A stretch of 64,000 nucleotides of DNA, from NCBI GenBank assembly GCA_977030845.1, contig OZ365112.1, positions 23,684,001 through 23,748,000 of the forward strand, in the 5' to 3' direction. Position 1 is the first letter of the stretch. Each line of letters begins with the position of its first letter. Position numbers and translations under genes: made by a program. The notes under the pieces are model-generated. The model was not told where the DNA came from and made no database searches. It saw only the letters and a program-made list of their open reading frames with translations. This DNA comes from Fimbriosthenelais zetlandica (taxonomy: Eukaryota). Shown piece by piece: positions 29,001-42,800 of this stretch.

Positions 29001-29505
29001 ACGTTGAAGGACATCTATACACACATGTGTGCACATATAAGTGCAAAAGAACAAAAGTAGGCCTACATATGGCCTAATGCTTATGGTGAATTATAAAAGG
29101 TCATATCAAAAGGTGTTTCAATGTCTTTTCATGGAAGATCTATATTTTCCATTTAGTTTTTAGTAAATTCGCTGCTCAGAGAAAAAGCATCAAAGTCTCC
29201 AAAAGAAAATCAATCCCATCATTGAACCAAAAGATGGTTAGGTTACATTACATTTCACCAAAATGCTTAGGGAGCGATGCTTTTTGCAAACCATGCTTGA
29301 TGTCCAAGGGTAGAAGAATAGAAATACCGGCAGCATTACACCACAACTCGCCAGACAGCCGCTTTGGACAAAATGGTTCAATATGTTCAAAGACCGGAAG
29401 CACTACTTTCCAGAAGATGTCCAGAGACTTCTTCCTCTGAGCTATTGTCTGTATCGCTGAAGCAGTACACTTGGATAGTTATACTGATGTGATATGGTGA
29501 ATCAT

Positions 29506-30330
29506 TCATTTGCTACTTCTGCAACTGCAAGAAGTGCATGATGGTCTTTTAAACCCAAATACCATGCAGGCTCCAACACAATACAGAACTGCTCCACACA
29601 CTTGAACAGATTCTATTGATGGGTCACTGCAGTCAGTAATATGGTTTCTACCAAGCCGAGAAGCCATCGACCACCATGTTTGTTTACTGTATTGGTTGGG
29701 GTGCCATTGGAGCAGCAACGCCATTATTGTCATTGCCGCTCTGAGATTCCAGCTGTCAATAATTCTCAACAACCCGTCAGCTGAAATGGGTCTACTATAC
29801 ACACCTTTTGTGGTGTGTATTGAACCGAAAATCGAAGTGAACGGGGCACATACCAGAGGTGGCTGCACTCAATGCCTACATGCCTGTGCAAGTGTATGCA
29901 AGAGCAGTTAAGAGACAGAGGACATTGGCACGGCTGAGCACCAACGGTCGAAGCATTCCAGCCATGGGTCAGAAACAATGACATGTATTGCTAAATCCTC
30001 CCATTGATTCCACAGCTGCACCAATCCCTAAGCCAAGTAGGGACCTCACCAGTTTTAGCAGTTTGGCTTCTTAGGAGGGCACTGCATTGTGGCAATGAAC
30101 AGCAGCCAGTTGCTCTTTTGAGGGACCAACTAGGAGAAGCTCCCTACTGCTCACTGAATCGTCTTTCTTCCACGCCGCCATTGCCTGCACCTCCTTCCTG
30201 CACAGCCCCCAAAGGCGAGGAGTGCCTGTGGCGATATCTCGATAATAAAATGTTTTCAAGTACGGTGGAAAACCCAGGAGGAATTACCATATTGGCCGAG
30301 CGGTTGGACCTTTATTGCACTCAGTCTTGC
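29506..30330 (-). mobile_element. Second decayed Gypsy-type integrase remnant
   Basis: VIPPGFSTVLENILLSRYRHRHSSPLG (HHCC-like start), QCPPKKP, QWEDLAIHVIVSD...FDRWCSAVPM, CRH*VQP...FTSIF, DGLLRII. Order matches zinc-binding then DDE core; many stops. Confidence 0.42.
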
Positions 30331-30886
30331 GAAGGGAGCAATTACTGAGCTGGAAATGAACAAGACCAACAGGTCATTCATATTAAAATATGTCTCTCAA
30401 GATACAGCCCATATGATATTGACCCAGATACAAAAAAATATGATTATGTTTTTCCTCCGTTTGTATGTTTAGAGTCTGAAAGCTCTTTGCGTGTCATTGC
30501 CATGTGATTTTCATGACATGAAGGCTTCAAATCAATAGTTGTAGTCATGGGCATTGACCCAAACAATATCTTAGCATACGAGCGTGAGACAATGAGCAGT
30601 TTCAGCAAAGGCTACATCTAAAAATGATCGATATAAAATATACCATATTATCCACGTGAATAGGCACCGGTACCCTCAGATTTATACAATGATGGTCCCA
30701 TTCTTGGGGTCCTGGGGAAAATGCATGCCTCTTCAGGGGAGACATTTTTATCTACTATAATGACATTTAATGTCTCAGCGCCATATCTATGTGTATTGAT
30801 GATTATGTTTCATATTTATAAATAATTTTTCTATCGACTGGCAACTTGCAAAGCAGCTGTTACAAATGAATTTATTTGTAACTGCA

Positions 30887-30975
30887 GGGCCTGTTTCATA
30901 GGAAAGATACAATAACTCATAGATTCACCATTGCTCAAAGTTGTAGGCCCTACATCTTTGTTTTGAAACAGGCCC
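30887..30975. mobile_element. MITE family 1, full copy
   Basis: Perfect 12-bp TIR GGGCCTGTTTCA / TGAAACAGGCCC. Confidence 0.8.
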
Positions 30976-31898
30976 CTGATACCCCGATAATGCACGACCG
31001 GCTTATCCTTACTCCGGTTCATTGACAATGGCATTATGTAAAGCCCCATTACCAAATATTGATCACCTTATTATGGTGTTATATCCGGTATGATGATGTT
31101 CAATTATCTGGGCTACATCTCCAGCTCATGCCCTTGACGTTGCTTTCAGCTGCATTTGGATTAAGTTTGTACTTGATTGCCTACTGTAAAAAATATCAAC
31201 CTTAATTATGGTCAACACATGGCACAATTGATCACAAGAATAAGACTTTCCCAAATAGAATAATGTTTAAATGCTTGAAAAAAGACCATCAATTGATAAT
31301 AAATCCATGGCATATGGGATCAAGCAAGCCATGGTAATGAACCTGCATGTTCACATGAGGCAGGGTATGGAGTGAAAATTGTTCAGGATCTTTGACAGGA
31401 GGAGATGAAAGGGGATTGGTGATCAGTGAAGCGAAATAGTTATATGTGTGACTTACATAATAGATGAAGGAATTTGTTGAAGCAAATAAAACAGGGAAAG
31501 TCATTTCCCTTCATGCTTATTGGGGTGTTTCAATTCAGCACCCACTGACTTTTGACTAAGCACAAAGCAATGTTTGCATCCCGGAACAACTGCCACATTC
31601 AATACTCTCTGATTTCAGGGTCTCGTTAACTCCCCAAGGTGCATCATTTGAAGGTTGTACTCAAAAAGACCCAAAGTAAACCACTTCCGTGAATACGCTA
31701 GATTGTGACTACAGCTCTTTTTTTTTATTGAAACCATGCAGTAACTGTTTAAAAGGCCTTTTCTCCCAAGATTGGACCCATTATTCTATTGTTACTGACA
31801 GGGCTAAGTGAAGAGAGTATTATACTGACACCTCCTACAAATTAACACTTGGTTGTTTATCAAACAGACTTGGGCGTGTTACTCAGGAGATGCACTGT

Positions 31899-32423
31899 TT
31901 AATGACGCCAGGCATTATCTGACTCATCAACCACACAGAGAAAGCAATCGATTAACTGATCAATCTTCTCAATGCTGTGATCACCCCAAGAACTTTGCTC
32001 TAGAAACATGTATGCTATAGGCAAACCGAATTGCACATCTTCTAGGCTTCTTCCAGGCCATAGGAATAAGACATATAAAATCAAAAGGGAAAGACGTGTA
32101 CTATTCCCAAATGTATGGAGTCACGTATACACTCAGCAAGAGAGTGTTTTGTATAACGCGATATGTCTGTCTTGGGAGTTCTCTCTTGGACAAACAGTCA
32201 ACTTATGTGGATGCTCCATGAGATCCCAGGCACCCTGTCTGACTTGCCTGACACCAACTTCCCTCAAGAAAGATACTGTATGTGCAGCCCACATATATAG
32301 TAAGAACGGGTCTATACCGATGTGTTCACATGGCTTGGTCTTGCTTAAATAAAAACTTTGGTATTTAGTATTGCCTAATGGCTTACACAGCCAGGAAGGG
32401 AGGGCTTTGCCTTCGTATAACAA
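31899..32423 (-). mobile_element. Possible Mutator/MULE transposase remnant
   Basis: LHTFGNSTRLSLLILYV...GLPIAYMFLEQSS resembles the MULE D-T(F/Y)-x-TN...L...G.P(V/I)A(F/Y) segment, but the catalytic Asp is not preserved and the frame has stops. Confidence 0.3.
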
Positions 32424-33593
32424 GGTTGTTTATCTGGACTGCATTTCATAACAAAGATTAGCTAATGTAATGTAGCACATCTTTGTTGTGGAATGGGTCC
32501 TTGGTATCTTTGGTAGCCCCAGCTGCAAGTGATTCCCCATGGGAAAACAAACACATCATGAGTCGTTTCCAAATGGGAAACTATAGAAGCGTACAGGGAC
32601 GAATGGTAAAACATTGATCCCATAATTAAATGCTCATAGTGTTCAGCAAGATGCCTGGATCTAATTACAGTCGGTAAAATTCTAAATAATTATGAGTGGC
32701 AAGTAAAATCATCACCCAACTTTCATGGCAATCTGCAGATCATGATCATATTCATGAATACGATACCAAGTTTTGTGGATTATCGAAAGTGCTGTCAACC
32801 CAAGAGCTTTGATTTCTGTATTAGAACATACCACTTTTAATACTAACTGAATTCCAAAGGACATAAATACAAGGGTTCTATCCTGCACCACAGCTGAGCC
32901 AGGCTTTGCCCTCTCGGCAAGCTCTGAGGCTTTTAGCATCTAGTGAGCAGAGGACAATCTATTGAGCCAAAGGTACATGCCCTGCTGACAGAGACAGGTC
33001 GGTGAACCTCCAGGAATGGAGAACTAGATGTGCCGAGATCCGGAAACATCAAAGAGAAGCCTTGGAGCAGGCAGTGGTGGCCCTGATGCACAGTGTGCAT
33101 CACGGATGCCATCAACACGGTTGTGATCACTTGAGGGTGGTGAGGTCATGGCTGATTAGTCCAAGTCAAAGAAATTATTACCTAAGAATCTAGTAGACGT
33201 AAAATGCTAGAATTTGGGAAACATCTGAGATCAATCATCTTTTATGGCTCTGGAAACACCAGCTTGCTGATAAGCCTCTTGGAATCAGCTAGGAAGCCAA
33301 CTATTTGAGCAGGAACGACTCGGGCAACATTGAGAGACATGTCAGTTGGCACCAGTCTGTTGCAAACACGCTAATGGGAGCTTCGTTATAGATGTGCCCC
33401 TCCAAATGGAAGTCTGGCTCTTGTATTGGGTCGTACCTGGCAACTGACTGGTATGTAGAGACTCTATGCAGGGCCCTATCATCAGAGCCCATTGTTCAGT
33501 TGTCTATGACAATTGGCGATCCCCACCTGTACAAGCAGGCAATTACCATGTCTCACCTGGGACGCTTCCATATCGATCTGTCTACTTCAGCTG

Positions 33594-33800
33594 GAGGAGA
33601 GGGAGCAGGAGAAGATGGAGGGAGGAAATGGAGAGAGATGAGGTGGAAATGGAGGCGAAGGAGGGGGAGAAGGTGTGGGAAGGTAGGCAGCGAAATGGAA
33701 GAGAAATCAATGATGACGGCCTGAAATAAGCGAACATGTATGAAGATGGAGATGAAGACAGTCAAGAGAAGGATGAAGAAGAGGGGTGAAGCTGGAAGGG
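33594..33800. repeat. GA-rich low-complexity tract (similar tracts at ~27345-27420, 37878-37912, 38958-39012)
   Basis: Purine-rich ggaga/gaag-type sequence that produces spurious ORFs in the track. Confidence 0.75.
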
Positions 33801-36800
33801 CAACGCAGAGAGCCAAAAGGACAAACTACTCAGCCAGAAAAGACAATGTAGAAAAGATTTTGGAAGTTGCCCCAAATTTAGCGGAAGTCGGTTTCGATTA
33901 TATTTCCATTAGGACATCTGCGTTAAGAAGGTAGATTGTCGAGTAAAAAAAAATTGTCGAGTAAAAAAAAAACAGCATATAGTCCATAGTGCTGATGGGA
34001 AAATCATGATATTCCATAGCAGCAGTAGCCATAGTCTTTGTTGCTAAGGCAGGAGGCCACTGAATAGCATGTCCCCGGTGTTATGCTATAGAGCTATTGG
34101 GGCGGGCCTGTTATATATGACACTGGGTAGCCTTCTATCGGGTCATTTATCCTCCCTGCTCTGGTGCCTTGCTTTCAGAACGCCTTCTCGTGTCAGCCTT
34201 TGGGAGGGCAGGAATACTGCCTGGTATTGGGCACGGCATGATCTATCATAGAGGTGCTGTTTCCTGCCCTCCACATGTAAAAGGTGTCCCAGTCAAATCG
34301 ACTTGCATCTCATGTGCAACGAGGCCAAAGTGTGGCGAAAAAAATCATATGTCATTCTGACTAATCCATTCTTCAAGACGTTCCACTCATGTCATCAATA
34401 TATGGAATGACTACCATTCCCTGAAGGCAAATGATCTTTCATAAGCACGGTAATGGACTCCAATTTCAGCCATTCCTTCAGATTCTGTAGACTATTGATC
34501 AAATCAATGTCCTTATTATGCACCGCCACATGTATACATGGCTATACCATCTCCTTCTAACACATGAATGTATTTTGACAGATGTAAGCTAAGACCATCA
34601 ATGTTCCTCATATACATGAACGGTGGCTGATGGCTTCGCTCATCACGTATGTCTCTCACAGAGAAAGTCACGGGGAAGTTTAATATAAGAAAAGAGTAGT
34701 TTTAATATCTTCTATCACCTGTAAGAGACGTGACTTTGGAGATGCTTTTAGCTGATTCAGAGAAGGACGAAAATACTTGATATGTTGATTGTTTAAGATG
34801 GCTTCTACAGAATACTAGTAATGTACTGCACTTAGAAGATTGGCTCCCAGAAAGACTTCCTTTAAAACAAAGGCAATGGTATATGAAATAGCGATAATTA
34901 AAAAGATGTTCTACAATAAGACCATCCAGCAATGTATACGAGACTCCATCCTTCCATCCTTAGAACTACATAAGACACTGCCTTTCTTCCGGTCTACAAT
35001 AAATCTGCATAAAATTCATAAACCGGCGATGAAAAATGAGCAATGTCAAAGACCAAAGATGATGGCCTGCAGCTATTGTCTGAAAAAAGTGAAGAACTTC
35101 AGAGCTCAAGCACCATGGTGAGGAATGGGAATGACTAAGTAGATAGTCATTAATTCACACATAAAGACATACATAAAGCCTTTCGTCTGGCCTAGGCTTG
35201 ACAATGCTGTGTCACCTGGAACATCAGCAGAATCGGGGCCTGTTATCCAGCGTTGCTCAAGCATACGAATGCCAGTTCTCAAGGGCGCAGCCAGTCCAAG
35301 TAGAGATCAATGAATGATAATGATCTCACCACCAACCCACAACATTGGGCTCCAGTCCAACATTGCCAGGCTTCTCAGGAACCTCATGCTTAATTCATGA
35401 AATCAAATAAATCTAATATTCCTGTTTAGCTGCCTTCCTATACTCAATGTCTAGCAGACTTCCAATGTCTGGTAATGAACATTATATAGGGTCCGGCTTA
35501 ACTCATTAGGAATAGACTCACAGACTCACAGTCACTGGGCAAGTGGGTATGTATACATTGAGTCATCACCTTAAAATATAACACACCAATATACCAAAGT
35601 TATGAAGCTGGTTATTGGAATGTATCATTAAAGCCTGAGACAATGAAGTGACATTCTATGGCACTCTATTTGCCCAGGGATGCCTTGTTATTTCAAAGGG
35701 TTTAACTGTTGCATTACAGGCTGCAACATTGGGATGGTCTCAGAGTGTGCAGGGAACCGCCTACATTTTGATGGGTATCATGGCACCAATGGATGATAAA
35801 AACCCAATGGAGGAAGCTTCTATGGAGAAGTGGTCCCCACTGGAGAGACAAAGCTCATTGCAAGCTTCTCATTCGACATGCTTTATCAGTCAGGAGTGCG
35901 TATATCATCGAACCATCACTAGATACAGTCAGTAATGAGAATGTAAATGGAGTGATACGACCGGGAGTAGCTCACCACTGGCTCATGCTGCCTCACTAGT
36001 GTAGCTTACTACTATTTCGCAGGGGGTGGGAGGAACTAAATACCCTGGTGGCCTTCAACCTTAGTGCATGGCAAATTCCAGAGCAAATTTGATGGGTTTG
36101 CCTTGGAACTCCGCCTCCTCCATGGCCAACATATGATATCGGTACACATCAGTGTTATAACCATCATCATTCACAAAGGATGATTTTATTATCGCCCACA
36201 CACCACATGTTGCTACTCTCTGATAATCAATGTTCTCTATGCTCTACATTCATTATATTTTTTACAATATAAAATGGCCATATAACCATGAATCTTCTTC
36301 ATGGGCTACTGGAGCACGTCTACATTCAGGAGCAGGCACCTGAATTACCCTTGGTGGCTGGGGCTAATTGTCACTTAGCTCTACTATTTGCATGTCATTT
36401 AATGGTATGTACCTATCGGAGTAATTGGTACGTAAAGCCATTTCCACAGCCTTTCATACAGCACTCATCATGCTTGCAGACTGTTCATTGCCAGCATTGA
36501 GAACGCCCCTAAGGTCAGCCCCCATCGAATTAATGACATAACTACTCACTGAGGAGTTAAAAATGTGCCAGAAATGATGTCCATGTCCATTCATTGGAAG
36601 GCTGGTACGGGAGAGCAATATGGCCCTGTTCTTTTTTCTCCAAGTCTCACAAAAGATGAAATACATCATCACAAAATCAGACACCAACGAGAAAAGAATA
36701 TCCACCAAGTTTTTTTATCACGTCGTGATGGATGGAGACAAGTTGAACGTTTTCGCCTTGCCAATGGGGTCTATATAACCAGATTACTGCTGAACTGATA

Positions 36801-39800
36801 CTAAACGGCAATATTATACGCTCTATCAGCAATTATAGCAGCATGAATATACATTCCTAGAATGTCTAAAAGTATAACAATAAGGATGTCAAACATTTCG
36901 ACTCTTTTGGTCAGTGTTCACCCATTACACAAGCTGTAGAGTTGAAACCGTACTGGCCCCTATTTCACAGTTCAATGCCTTCTACATCTGTTCCTTTGAT
37001 CCTTTGAAAGCACATTCACTGCTTTGGATGCCACATATATACAGCTTTTCTGTACTAAAGTACGATTCATTTCCTACACCAATTAAAAATAGGGTACATA
37101 ATTATGATCGTAGGCCTAAATATTTTGAATGAGGAGCATGCAATGAGACAGAAGTAGTGTTAAGTAGAGATGTATTGGAAGCCCAACACATTTCTGTTGT
37201 ACAAGCTTAGGGCACACGCACAGTGGGGCTGGTACGTAGTTGAATACAGTGTATTGTATAGGCTCATCTCCATTTTATAGCTCAATTTATAAGGAAGCTG
37301 TTGTTTGAGGACAGTCGGCTACCAGTGATGCTTCGCAGGGCACATTGGTGGGACCGTATTGACGCTGAGGCACTGCTCGAGGGCCTGAAGCCATCGTTTT
37401 CACAAGCATAAGCAGCAGCAGTTGGTCGGAGCAGTAGTGGTAGACTTTATAATGGAAGAAAACAGGGCTGGAGATGTGTTGGTAAAGGAAGGGACCTTGC
37501 AGCTTCCGAAAAAGCTTGTTAGTCATCTTAAAATCCCAAAAGACAGATCAAAAGAGGAAAAACAATGATCAGAATGTCGCATACAATGTCATGCCTCCTT
37601 GAATCCGCCCTAATAATCATATTTACAAACCAGTGAACATAACCCATCCTATCAGACCTCATTATTCGAAAGCCAGCAGAAGCAATTGCAAATGGCTTCT
37701 TGGCAATAGCCGACTCTCGAGCACACTATCATACTTCATATGAAAATTCTAATCATCAAGTAATGGATATAACTGCAATTTATTAACAAGAATATAAGTT
37801 TGAACAATGGCAAATGAGTTTGATTTGTAGTGAAAAAACCTAAAAGAGTTTCTGTCAAGGGAATATAAAGATAGAACTGGAAGAGAAGAGAGAGGGGGAC
37901 GAGAGAGAAAACAACTGCTTGCTTTTCTACTTGGTACTGCTGGTGCTGCTGGTTCAGTTGTAGTGGTGTGCTGGTACAGCACTTGAGGGTAATTAACATA
38001 AAGGTGTGTGAGAGAGACTTTTTTCCTACCGGCAAGGCCTTTCATAGTACGCTATGGCCAGCGTTCCAGTGCATCCCCGGTTGCTTGTGAATAAAGTACA
38101 GGTTGTAATAAGTCAGGAGCAATGCACGATGATAGAATCAGAGGCTGGCTGCGATGATCTCTGCCCTAGGTGTGAGGTGGTGGGGTGATGGTTGAGCAGA
38201 GAGCGGCGTCTGATCTTGTTCTAATACATAACACTCAGGTATCCCCAGTGGTATATAACGGCACACAGAAAGCATGATCCAGATCCGGCTATACAATGGT
38301 CGCGCCTTGCTCCTCTTGTTGCAGCATTAAAAATTTTTATTGTGCAAGTGTATGTAGCGCAAAAAATTGTGCACGTGTATGAAGCACAAAATTTTATATA
38401 GATGGGTAAGACTGGAGAATATCAGCTCCAACTTGCAGTGAACAGAGACACAGAAACTGAAGCAAGCTTATCCCAATTCAAATCCGGAATGACACTGAAG
38501 ACGTTCCTCTTCATTGCACTTATAGAAGGATACCAGTCCCTTCCCGGGTGCTTGAATTCTCTGGAGTTCCCCCTGGCAATCATTCCCCACTCCTAGGGAT
38601 CATGCACTCAGTATGGAGGGAATTCAGGAAGGACCTCCTGCTCCAGACGAATGACTAAACATCTCCAGTGCATGGATAAGTTTACTGATTTTGTATGATG
38701 TTGCTACATGAGTATAGCTTAAAACAATCCTAGCTGCAAGACCCCTGATGCAATAGTTTAATTTGCAATAATGAGGGTTTTTCCTTATATATCCAAAGTC
38801 CAGGATGCTGTAGCCTGCAGTATAGAACCAGCACTTACACTAGAGACTGGCCTTCCTCCCATCTATGTGATAGGTACTCAAGTGGTGGTGGTAGTAGTAG
38901 CAGCTACACACTGGTGCCCAACAGACGGAGCCGTATCCCAGGTCTGAATCAAATGTAGAGAAGAGAGTGAGAGTGAGTAGTGAGAGTGAGAGAGCAGAAG
39001 TAGGGAGAGAGGTATTAGCGTTGGCTGGCTGGTAAGTTGGCCTTGTCCTGGGGTGGTGGTGGTCTGTCTCGGGAGCTGTTTAGGGTTTTCCTTTCTCTTG
39101 CCGCCTGCCTGCCGTGCCTCTTACCCCGCCACCACCGCCGGTATCAGCCCTTGCTGCTCTCGGGCCTTCGATCACACTAATACTGAAACCTTCTCTCATC
39201 CCCAGCCACTGCTGCTACAGCCTCTCAGTCGGCGATACTCAGGCTTGCCTCCTCCTCCTCCTCATCCTCTCCTCCTTCTGCTGCAGGCTTCTGCTCAGAG
39301 CCTTCTGCTGTTTCTCCTGCAGGCTCAACCTCTGCTCTATAGAGTCTCTCCCTCCCATATACTCGCTCCCTCTATCATTTCTGGCAATTCAGTGAAGCAT
39401 TCAGTGCCAAGCCACCGCTGGAGTGATGTATTGAAAACTGACAATAAGTACACCATGAGCTCACTTATTTTGTCCTCGGAATCTTTTTCTATCATAATCA
39501 TTCAGCCATTTTCTTCCCAAGAGTAACTTTCGTCGCTCTGCGTAATATTTGCAGAAAAATTCACTCCTGATACAGCTTTTCTCCTTGCTGATCAGTTTAT
39601 ATATACTTGCATCTGCTGGGACTGGAGAAAAAAACCAGAAGGGAAAGAGATGGGTTCTTCACTATAAGTGGTATCCATTGTTACAATAAAACACGAGTCG
39701 CTGGGAGATGATCAGCGATAAAAAGGCGTTATTATGCATGTATTGTTCCTAGTTTTTAGGATCTCATTATTTGTCGTGCCACTTGCCAGTGGTAAAGGAG

Positions 39801-42800
39801 CTTCCCCTGAGCCTTGCCACCGTCTGTAGGTACTACTGACAGCCTGTACAAGCTGGGAGTATTTTTCTCACTTGAACAGATACAGAAAAAACAACTTCCC
39901 TCGCTAAGGCCATCACATTGTGTGGATCAGCAGGGCTGTTAGCCCTGGATTCAGTTGGCCACTCACATCTGATCATCCTAATGATAAATATCAACTGACA
40001 TTGTGTTGACAGCTTAAAAAAGCAGCACAATTTACAGCTCAGTTGATGCATAAAAATGTGCAGTGGATACTGCATCACACAATACGTTGATTTTGTGCAT
40101 TGCAGCACTCAAATATGCAATCCATCCGACTGGATTTTATATCATACATAATTGGTGATGGTGTTTCATACATTATCGCAGGGTAGGGTGCCCCGTGCCA
40201 CCTACCAAAATGTATACAGAAAAATCAATTTCAGTATATAGGACATGGTGCTTGTGCCGGGTGGTATGGTCTGAAATTCCTCCATGTCTAATAGTGATTT
40301 ACCTCAACGGCACTAACTCTATGATGCAGGGCTCCAATACCACATTTGATCTCATCTTCTTAATATGGAAAAAGAAACATTTAAAGTTGATTGATACAGA
40401 CCCAATGTATCAATGTTCTTTTCCTTTCAAGTGCCTGGTATTTGGGAAAGCTCAATATTGCTGAACAATCATACCAGAGAGAGCGATATGGTCGATATAT
40501 TAACTTAATCTCTGAGGGGTGCTGGCATCAGCATTGAGGCATAAGCAGCAGCAAAAAGGATGGTTGATGTGCTCAGAGGGGCCAGGACCCTCCTGAAAAT
40601 TTTTTCAAAGATACCCATGTATACAGACAGCCCTTTCATATCTCTATGACCTCGGCATCACTGAATACCAGGCCCTTCTCAAATGGAAACCAGGATCTTG
40701 CCTCTAGTCTATGAGACTGTGTGATCCTGCATGGAAGACCAAACTGCAAGAGCAGGAGCAGCCCTAGGCAGCAGGAGCAGGGGTGGAGGGGCAGACACGG
40801 GACAAAGCTCTTTGACCTGTGCACGTAACAATGGACAAGGCAAGCCAGGAGGAGGTGACCAGGAGCAGAGCCTGGAGGATGTCCACCATTCTGTGCTACC
40901 TTTACCTCAACTATACACTGATCATACGCGCATCCAATACCAATACAGGCACACCCCTAGGCTGTAGTGTGGATGTTTAATTTGGCAACATCAGCGAAGG
41001 AATGTCTGAAGACCCAGGAGCTGATGAGGATGCAGGTCCTCCAGGGTCTTTGGCTTTACTTAACATACACCAGGGGGTGTGTGGCTAGTCATGGACTGAG
41101 AGGCGATGCAGGCTTGATCAGGAGATAGGCACCTCAGGCGGTAGACAGAAAAACTAGTGAAGCCTGCATATATATACGTATTTGGTATGCAGTGTATACG
41201 GTTCACAGGAGAAACCTGCAGGATACCATGACATATAGAACGTCCATGTACATACACGCTCATATGTACGTGGTCTCTGAAACATGAGGGTTTTTGAATA
41301 ATTATGTTTATGGACCTGGAAAAACATGAGGGTCATGTATATATGTAGTTCATAATGATCAGCATTCTATTTTGCATGACACGGTTATTTTTATCCGACA
41401 GTATTCAGATGTATCTGTAATGTAAGTATACATCAACAGTAGACAAAAAGTTATAGCCTCGCATGCAATAAATAGAATGATGTACAATGGGTGTAATCCA
41501 ATACCGTGTGGCGGAGAGCACTGTGACTACATATTTCAATTCATACAGCCCTATTGTTTACCTTATTGTGTATAGTGGAAAATCAACTCTCATTTCCAGA
41601 TATTACCTACACTATAAAACCGGGCAAATGTCGGATGCTGATGAACTCTAACAACCGATACAAAGCAAGAAGAACCGCTTCATTAATTTTGAACAGTGAA
41701 TTAAAATTTTACTAAAGTAAGCCATATGTTACACTGAAAGTTTATGTTGATTACACCTTCGTTGCAGCTGATAAACCGTTCAGTATACAATATTTATCTG
41801 AACAACCATGTCTCCTAACATGACACGTAGCCCAGCAACAATGAAGCATGCATGTTATGCATGTTCTGCATGGATCTGACAACAGTGTCGTCCTCATTGT
41901 TTAGAGACGGCAATAAATAATTTGCAAACTTTATATTTCAGTATGGCCTACATCACCCTTTTAAGCTCCATGTCTTACATGATTGTGTGAAGATAGCAAA
42001 TAGACCTACATGATATGTTATAAACGTGTAGTGAGATATTTACAGAATGTCACAGCCATCAGAATGTTCTGCCCATTGGACCATCGGAATGGATCATTGG
42101 AAGGGTCAGATAATTCTTCTCTGTCCCTACGTGTTAGTGATGGATTCCTGAACCTTGACCTCCACCTTCGGCCATGCAGAGGAACCCCCATTTTGTCGGG
42201 TTGTGATCGCAGGTCCAGTTCCACCCATGCCTTCCCTTCGCTGAAAGATCAGTCACAGAGTGCGGAAACCCAACATGGGTTCATCAATTATTAAAATGTT
42301 ACATGGCGAGTAAAGAATTTACATGCTGCTGCTGCAGTTTACCAGAGCATGCGGGAAGAGATAGTCCAGGTCACTACATCATAATATAATTTATTATTGA
42401 TATAGATCAAAATGGACACTCGACCTATTTCAACTTGAAGTGTATAGAAGTATGCACTCGTCTTGCAAAAAAAGCCCTATTCAAGATGATCCTAGGGTCT
42501 GCGTTTTAGAATGAATTTGAACTATAGTTATCCATTTTCATTAAGAAACAGTTCCCAGGTCTTCCCATCTCTTATTATAGATGAGGTGGCCATATTGATT
42601 TTCATTTTTAATTGTCTACCAAATGGCTGGTGGAAAGCCTGGTCGTCCAGAGGGACCTAGATACCTACATGGCATGACATAGGTGGCCTTTAACTGTTCA
42701 TTGCGCGTAGTTATTGATTTCAGCTGAATCAATTATTAATGGTCAATCCTTGAAACAACGATAGCAATAGACATTGTTGACATGGCCAGTGTTGAACACT

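Noticed and set aside
33301-33492. KDZ/Zisupton transposase motif (PDFHLEGH)
   Set aside because: The downstream CQ..YS...G..DGE.IE motif is absent.
35200-35400. Endogenous chuvirus/mononegavirus L-protein fragment (VGGEIIIIH)
   Set aside because: Only a few residues resemble the motif; no GDN core or other L motifs were seen.
40195-41300. Non-LTR (LINE) reverse transcriptase remnant (MQGS..., LYLNYTLIIR...AVVW)
   Set aside because: Motifs are scattered over different frames, there is no YADD-like core, and an alternative single frame explains the region equally well; kept only as an unidentified frame.
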